From: Promethearchaeota archaeon
Lineage (GTDB): Archaea; Asgardarchaeota; Lokiarchaeia; Sigyniarchaeales; SOKP01
Assembly (NCBI GenBank): GCA_030606485.1
Contig: JAUWGH010000001.1
Span: 240,001-272,000, forward strand
Reading direction: 5' to 3'
Length of the DNA stretch: 32,000 bases
The position numbers and the translations under genes are program-made. The notes under the pieces were generated by a model, which saw nothing but the letters and a program-made list of their open reading frames with translations, was not told where the DNA came from and searched no databases. Below are positions 26,520 through 32,000 of this stretch, piece after piece; positions within the stretch are counted from its first letter, which is position 1, and every line of letters starts with the position of its first letter.

Positions 26520-26837
26520 TTAGATATCTTTACTCCATAGGTCTCTTATTACTTTATCTTTCATAAGAGGTTCAACAGTAATATCCTCTTCCACAACTGT
26601 TAAACAAGCAAAACAAGATTTCTCGTTTACACGAATTAAACATCTTTTACAGAACCCCAATCTACAGTTAATAAAAAAAGCTAAACTTGGATCTTCATTC
26701 TCTCTTATATAAACCAGACAGTCTTGAATACTCATTTTTCCACTTATTGGGACTTTAAAAGTATCATAATAAGGTTTTTCATCTTTCTGTGGATCAAATC
26801 TAAAACATTTTACTTTTATTATTTTTTTCTCTTCCAT
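26520..26837 (-). CDS. Stand-alone 2Fe-2S ferredoxin resembling only the N-terminal domain of SdhB/FrdB
   Basis: FRFDPQKDEKPYYDTFKVP and CRLGFCKRC...AC. It ends at 105 aa with no 4Fe-4S/3Fe-4S domain. Confidence 0.88.
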   Translation of the reverse strand: MEEKKIIKVKCFRFDPQKDEKPYYDTFKVPISGKMSIQDCLVYIRENEDPSLAFFINCRLGFCKRCLIRVNEKSCFACLTVVEEDITVEPLMKDKVIRDLWSKDI

Positions 26838-26850
26838 ATGATCCCCTCAT

Positions 26851-28674
26851 TTATTCTCTCTTTAAAGAGGCAGTTGCCACACCTATAGCCTCTTGATACG
26901 TCAATTTTCCTTTTGGCAAAGAAATTTTAGTTACAACAGGGTTTTCAAATTTAATATCCAATTCACCGTTTTTTTGTTTCATAACAATTGTTTTGAGCCA
27001 ATTATCGTGATCAGTATGTGTATAATCTCTACGATAAAATTCGCCACGGCTTTCTTCACGAATTAGTGAAGATTTAGCTGATAAATATAAACATGTTAAT
27101 ATATTTTCTAACTCAATAGCCTTAATCCACTCATCATTCAATTCTTTGCTTTTAGTAGAAGTAATGCAGAGATTCTCAAGATCATCATTTATTATTTCCA
27201 ACAGTTCTTCTGTTGCTTCCTTTAATAGGCTTCCTTCCTTGATTAAACCGACCTTTTTCCCAGAAATTTCATGCATTTTTTTAGTAAGTTCATTTGGTGT
27301 AATTCCCTCATCTCTCATCAATGGTTTATTTATTCGATCCAAAATCTCTCTGACTTGATTCTCATTTATCTCAGCCTGTTCTACTTTTTTAACGTATTTT
27401 GGGGCAACTTCACCTGCAATTATTCCTTGAACACCAACTTCAGTACAAGCAGAGGCAACTCTTACTGCCCCCCACAGACCACCAGAGCATTCTCCTGCTG
27501 CAAATAATCCGGGTATAGTTGTTTCTGTATTTTCATTGACCTTGATTCCTCCACCCATATAATGGGCACCATTCCCTACCTCAATATTTTCAGTTTTACA
27601 CTTTTTTATCAATTCTGGTATGAGAGTTGTAAATTCATAGCGTGTATCTTTAAGTTCATTTTTAATACGGTTATTGGCGATTCTAATAATTGCATCAATA
27701 AATTTTGGCCGTAAATGTTTTAAGGAAAAAAAGATACCGCCATGTAGCCCCCCACGACCATTTTCAACCTCTAATTCCGAAGCAATTGATACTATTTCTT
27801 TAGTACTTTTTTCCAAATTTATTGGATCATATTTTTCCATAAATCGTTCACCCTTATTATTTACAAGTTGGATGTATTTATCAAAAGGGTCAATACAGCT
27901 AAGGACATATAGTGCTATACTCCCTCGGTCTTTCGGGGGCCAGACCATTGTTATGGGACAGAATTGTACCATCTCCATCGAAATTAATTCTGCTCCGGCT
28001 CGGTAAGCCATTCCTATACCATCACCTGTGAGATCATATGAGCCCGTGTTAAATGAATATGCTCTATGCCACCCTCCGGTAGCTAATATGATTGCCTTGC
28101 ACTTAATCAGGATGGTTTCTCCAGATTTAATGTTTAGAGCTACAGCTCCAGCAATTCGTCCTTCTCTTATTAACAAATCTATAAGCATTGTATCTTCCAG
28201 CATTGGGATTTTTAATTCTTTAACCTTTTTTCGAATAGCAGCGACCCAATATGTACCAGCACTTGTAATACCACGAGCCATTTCTTCCGCGTGAACTGAA
28301 TCATATCCATAGATTCGCATACCCCAATCCATAAGATCTTTCATAGCTTTAGGAGCATATTCAACGTATTTTTCAACCATTTTTTGATTATTTAAATATA
28401 ATCCTTCTCTAACAAGATCTTCAAAGAATCTCTCAGGACTGTCGCGATCATCGCCAGTAAAACCTAATGTTTTGGCAGTTTTCCCATCTACGTTGAAATC
28501 TACTCCTGCCATCTGAGAAGCCCCACATTGCCCAATTTTCCCCTTTGTTACTATTAGTACATCAGCTCCTTGACTATGTGCTTTTATTGCTGCGTGACCT
28601 CCTGCTCCTTCGCTTCCAACAATCAATAAATCCGTGCTTATAACTTTATCACATAATTTTTCTACTTCTCCCAT
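26851..28674 (-). CDS. SdhA/FrdA/NadB-superfamily flavoprotein, substrate unknown
   Basis: Motifs LIVGSEGAG, LATGG, TGDGIGMAYRAGA, AHYMGGGI, GLFAAGEC and ESRGEFYRRDY. Confidence 0.9.
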   Translation of the reverse strand: MGEVEKLCDKVISTDLLIVGSEGAGGHAAIKAHSQGADVLIVTKGKIGQCGASQMAGVDFNVDGKTAKTLGFTGDDRDSPERFFEDLVREGLYLNNQKMVEKYVEYAPKAMKDLMDWGMRIYGYDSVHAEEMARGITSAGTYWVAAIRKKVKELKIPMLEDTMLIDLLIREGRIAGAVALNIKSGETILIKCKAIILATGGWHRAYSFNTGSYDLTGDGIGMAYRAGAELISMEMVQFCPITMVWPPKDRGSIALYVLSCIDPFDKYIQLVNNKGERFMEKYDPINLEKSTKEIVSIASELEVENGRGGLHGGIFFSLKHLRPKFIDAIIRIANNRIKNELKDTRYEFTTLIPELIKKCKTENIEVGNGAHYMGGGIKVNENTETTIPGLFAAGECSGGLWGAVRVASACTEVGVQGIIAGEVAPKYVKKVEQAEINENQVREILDRINKPLMRDEGITPNELTKKMHEISGKKVGLIKEGSLLKEATEELLEIINDDLENLCITSTKSKELNDEWIKAIELENILTCLYLSAKSSLIREESRGEFYRRDYTHTDHDNWLKTIVMKQKNGELDIKFENPVVTKISLPKGKLTYQEAIGVATASLKRE

Positions 28675-28718
28675 ATTATGCCATCTCTTTAATTTCTTAC
28701 ATAAATTAGATTAATCAA

Positions 28719-29213
28719 CTACTTTTTTTTAACAATATATCTTAGAATACATTTTTTATCTCCCTTTGTTAAAGTAGCGGGTACTTCAATGCGAAGGTTT
28801 GGATTATATCCTTTTAAAGTAGCTTTATCAATATGTTCGCAATAAATTTTTCCATATTCCAATTTATCCCAATCCTTGCAACCATTACAAAAGACACAAT
28901 CCCTAAGTTCAATTATAACATCTCCATCAATGATTTTTGGTCTATATTTTGCTGTGTTTTTTATATCTAAATCACTGTAAATGAAAAAGTTTTTTAAATT
29001 CTTCTCTTTTCCCACAGATTTAACGAGTTTTCCTACTCTTCTACCCCTTTCTTCTCCATACTTTTTTACCGCCTCTCCTATCGCATCTCTACCTTTATCT
29101 CCAAATTGATTGATTATTTCCTCTGCAATAGTGCAGAATAATTGGGAAAACATAGCAAAGAAGTGAGTCTTATATTTATTCCCTACTTCTTGTTGTCCCT
29201 TAAGAACTTCCAT
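28719..29213 (-). CDS. L-2-amino-thiazoline-4-carboxylate hydrolase-like (ATC_hydrolase/V4R-like) protein
   Basis: AVKKYGEERG, DCVFC, GKIYCEHID...GYNP and LTKGDKKC pattern. Confidence 0.78.
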   Translation of the reverse strand: MEVLKGQQEVGNKYKTHFFAMFSQLFCTIAEEIINQFGDKGRDAIGEAVKKYGEERGRRVGKLVKSVGKEKNLKNFFIYSDLDIKNTAKYRPKIIDGDVIIELRDCVFCNGCKDWDKLEYGKIYCEHIDKATLKGYNPNLRIEVPATLTKGDKKCILRYIVKKK

Positions 29214-29421
29214 AATATCTTCATTAGTAAATCCTTCTGATTCGTCTAATATCGTTAATCACTTCCTAAATTTTGATTTTTTTTTATTTTAAATTTTTTT
29301 GATTACTATTATTTTTGGGATTATCAATAATAAATATTAAAGATCCTTTTCTTATTGTAAATAAAAATATTTACACTTCTTTATTAATAAAGTAGGTATA
29401 ATTATATTCACTTGAGTCTTT

Positions 29422-31263
29422 ATGGTAGATTTAGAAGTTCAGAGAAAGAGTCTTCCTCATAATCCAGGAGTGTATTTATTTAAAGATAAAAATGGAAAAA
29501 TACTTTATGTAGGGAAGGCTATCGATTTAAATAAAAGAGTTTCTCAATATTTTCAAAAATCGACTTATAAAGACCCCTATTTTGGAGAAAAAATTAAAGA
29601 ATTAGTCAGTCACATTGCGGATATTGACTATATAATAACTGAGAATGAAAAGGAAGCATTTATCTTAGAGAATATTCAAATTAAGAAACATCTTCCAAAA
29701 TATAATGTTAGATTTCGTGATGATACAACTTATCCTTTTTTAATGATAACCTATTCAGAAAAATATCCTAGAATTAGAGTTATTAGAGGTCCACACAAAT
29801 ATAATCAAAAAAATTTGTTTATCGGGCCATATACAGATAAAAAAGAATTAAGACGTATTTTGAGATTTATACGTAAAACAATCCCATTTTGTACTTGTAA
29901 AAGAAAAGTTAAAGAAAATCAAAAAAAGGCTTGTATGTATTATCAAATAAAATTATGTCCCGGTCCATGTATTGGTAAAATTACACCTGAAGATTATTTA
30001 CAAAACATAAAACAAATAGAATTGTTTCTTAAAGGAGAAACCGATAAATTAACAAAAATTCTTAAGAATAAAATGGAAAAAGCAGTAGAAGAGCAAAATT
30101 TTGAATCTGCTGCAATATGGCGTGATAGATTAGGTGATTTAACTCGTGTGACGATTAAGCATACAATAATTTCTGGAAATAAAAAAAATCAAGATATTAT
30201 TAGTTATTATAAGGATGAAGAATATTCGGCTGTTTTGATTTTATTAATAAGAGAAGGAAAGCTATCGGGAAAAATTCCATTTATATACGATTTGAAAGGT
30301 AAGCTTATAGAAAAGAATGGAATTATACCCGCTTTTATGAAACAGTATTATCTTCATCCAGCAACAAAAGTTCCTAATGAAATAATTGTAAATGAAATAC
30401 ACAAGGATGTTGAGGTATTAAAAGATTTATTAAGCAAAAAAATAAAGAAAAAAATTAAAGTTAAAACTCCAAGTGATCATTTCGAGGAAGGGTTTTTAAA
30501 AATTGCTAATAAAAATGCAAAAGTAATTGTTGAGCAAGAAAAAATAAAACAAGAACTAGAATTGGAGAGCTCTAATCAAATAAATCAAGCTCTTAATGAG
30601 CTGAAAGAGGTTTTAAATCTCCCTAATATCCCTCATATTATTGAAGGATTTGATATTTCCAATATTCAAGGTACTGATCCAACAGGATCTTTAGTGTCTT
30701 TTCTTGATGGAAAACCCAATAAAAAATGGTATCGACATTACAAAATAAGGTCTAAGTCTACACCTGACGATGTAGGCATGATGAAAGAAGTAGTGTACCG
30801 TCGCTATAACTCTTTAATTGAAAAAAATCTAGAACTCCCAGATTTAATCCTAATAGATGGGGGTAAAGGTCAATTAAATGCATCTCTATCCGTTTTAAAT
30901 GATTTAGGAATAGGAAATACACCGATATTAGGGTTAGCAAAGAAATTTGAAGAAATATATCTCCCTAATAAAAAAGAACCAATCAGATTATCGGATGATT
31001 CGGCAGCTCTCAAACTTTTGCAACGAGTTAGGGATGAAGCCCACCGATTTGGAGTGAAATTACATAGAAAATTAAGAGAAAAAAGAGTTTCAAAATCAAT
31101 TTTGGATGATATTCCTGGAATTGGCCCTTCTAAAAGAACAAAATTATTAGAAACTTTTGGAAGTGTAGTTGGAATAAAAAGAGCAAAACTTGAAGATATC
31201 TCAGAAGTTGTGGGAGAAAAATTAGCCACTATAATCCAAGATTTTTTATCTAATAATAATTAA
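29422..31263 (+). CDS. uvrC: Excinuclease ABC subunit C
   Basis: GIY-YIG (PGVYLFKD, LYVGKA), Cys cluster, UVR domain, RNase H-like EGFDISN and LIDGGKGQL, RDEAHRF, and HhH IPGIGP. Confidence 0.97.
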   Translation: MVDLEVQRKSLPHNPGVYLFKDKNGKILYVGKAIDLNKRVSQYFQKSTYKDPYFGEKIKELVSHIADIDYIITENEKEAFILENIQIKKHLPKYNVRFRDDTTYPFLMITYSEKYPRIRVIRGPHKYNQKNLFIGPYTDKKELRRILRFIRKTIPFCTCKRKVKENQKKACMYYQIKLCPGPCIGKITPEDYLQNIKQIELFLKGETDKLTKILKNKMEKAVEEQNFESAAIWRDRLGDLTRVTIKHTIISGNKKNQDIISYYKDEEYSAVLILLIREGKLSGKIPFIYDLKGKLIEKNGIIPAFMKQYYLHPATKVPNEIIVNEIHKDVEVLKDLLSKKIKKKIKVKTPSDHFEEGFLKIANKNAKVIVEQEKIKQELELESSNQINQALNELKEVLNLPNIPHIIEGFDISNIQGTDPTGSLVSFLDGKPNKKWYRHYKIRSKSTPDDVGMMKEVVYRRYNSLIEKNLELPDLILIDGGKGQLNASLSVLNDLGIGNTPILGLAKKFEEIYLPNKKEPIRLSDDSAALKLLQRVRDEAHRFGVKLHRKLREKRVSKSILDDIPGIGPSKRTKLLETFGSVVGIKRAKLEDISEVVGEKLATIIQDFLSNNN

Positions 31264-31281
31264 TTTAAATTAAGTGATCAA

Positions 31282-31467
31282 ATGCCTAAGACTGTAAGAT
31301 TATGTCCTAAATGCCGTTCGGCCAAGTTACATCTTTTAACTAATGTATCTGGTTGGTTAGCCCCCCAGAAATTTGAATGTAAGGAATGTGGATATCATGG
31401 CTCCTTTTTTGTTGAAGTAGATATTGATGAATTAAAAAAAATGAAAGAAGAAAAAGAAAAGAAATAA
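31282..31467 (+). CDS. Small archaeal zinc-ribbon protein
   Basis: CPKC...SGW...CKECGY. Lies 18 bp after uvrC. Confidence 0.8.
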   Translation: MPKTVRLCPKCRSAKLHLLTNVSGWLAPQKFECKECGYHGSFFVEVDIDELKKMKEEKEKK

Positions 31468-31558
31468 CCTGTTTGTAATCGGAATTAATAGCGAATCTAT
31501 AATTAAATATATTAATCTTTAATTTATTGAATATCTAAAAGTTTAATGTGTTTTGGAT

Positions 31559-32000
31559 ATGGAACAATTAAAAAAGGATGCAGAAAGAATTAGGTCTTTA
31601 GAAATTCAAGGTGCGACTAATGTATGTTTGAGTGCCTGTGATTTTTTAAATAGTTTTGCTCAAAGAATACAAGCAACGAATAAAAAAGAGATATTAGAAC
31701 AATTATATAAGGCAAAAGATGTATTAATTAATACTCGCCCTACAGAACCAGCAATGAAAAATGGATTGAAATATATTCTTAAAAAGCTTGAACTTGAAGC
31801 AGATTCTATTTCATTATCTGATATTCCTTTAAAAGTTCAACAATATAAAGAAAAATATCATAAGAGATTATTAAATTCAAAAGAGAAAATCGCAAAGATT
31901 GGTGCCAATCGTATTCCATATAAAGATCCAGAAGGTTTTACTGTAATGACACATTGTCACAGTACTATTGTTTCTGCGATTCTAATTGAGGCCAAAAAAC
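31559..32000 (+). CDS. Ribose-1,5-bisphosphate isomerase / eIF-2B-family protein, 3'-truncated by the window edge
   Basis: Manual translation: MEQLKKDAERIRSLEIQGATNV...LINTRPTEPAMKNGL...IAKIGANRI...VMTHCHSTIV. Not in the ORF track. Confidence 0.88.
   Translation, partial: MEQLKKDAERIRSLEIQGATNVCLSACDFLNSFAQRIQATNKKEILEQLYKAKDVLINTRPTEPAMKNGLKYILKKLELEADSISLSDIPLKVQQYKEKYHKRLLNSKEKIAKIGANRIPYKDPEGFTVMTHCHSTIVSAILIEAKK

Noticed and set aside
26520-28674. Canonical succinate dehydrogenase/fumarate reductase (sdhAB/frdAB/tfrAB)
   Set aside because: Key dicarboxylate-binding and catalytic residues appear substituted, the B subunit lacks its second domain and there are no anchor subunits.
2467-31229. 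Remaining short ORFs nested antisense or out of frame within confident genes
   Set aside because: No motifs, and each is fully overlapped by a well-supported CDS.

Overview
AT-rich (roughly 30% GC by eye) archaeal DNA, most likely from an Asgard archaeon (Lokiarchaeia/Promethearchaeota). This assignment is an inference from a longin-fold gene, a Loki-CTERM-type sorting tail, archaeal TATA boxes and a ribose-1,5-bisphosphate isomerase. All confident genes from 427 to 13523 are on the minus strand, and most from 13719 to 24798 are on the plus strand. Recognisable genes: DUF362, GT2, ArsR-type regulator, two ABC-2 systems, nitroreductase, alpha/beta hydrolase, nitrilase-family amidohydrolase, radical SAM, ICMT/PEMT-family methyltransferase, MBL hydrolase, ROK kinase, phosphohexomutase, Asp/Glu racemase, VapBC, an SdhA/FrdA-superfamily flavoprotein operon, uvrC and a partial R15P isomerase. 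Features not shown by the ORF track: a frameshifted SDR remnant, a truncated yyaL remnant, a 48-aa micro-ORF paralogue, a four-copy ~50-bp palindromic promoter cassette and a VapBC operator. The best novelty candidates are (i) a protein built from nine-plus exact 35-aa repeats with nebulin-like period and motif, (ii) a putative ArsR detox/efflux regulon, (iii) a flavoprotein operon with a rewired active site, (iv) two ABC ATPases with unusual extra domains and (v) a possible catalytically dead MESH1/SpoT-like HD protein. No rRNA, tRNA, CRISPR array, transposase or integrase was recognised. All family calls are by eye, without database searches.
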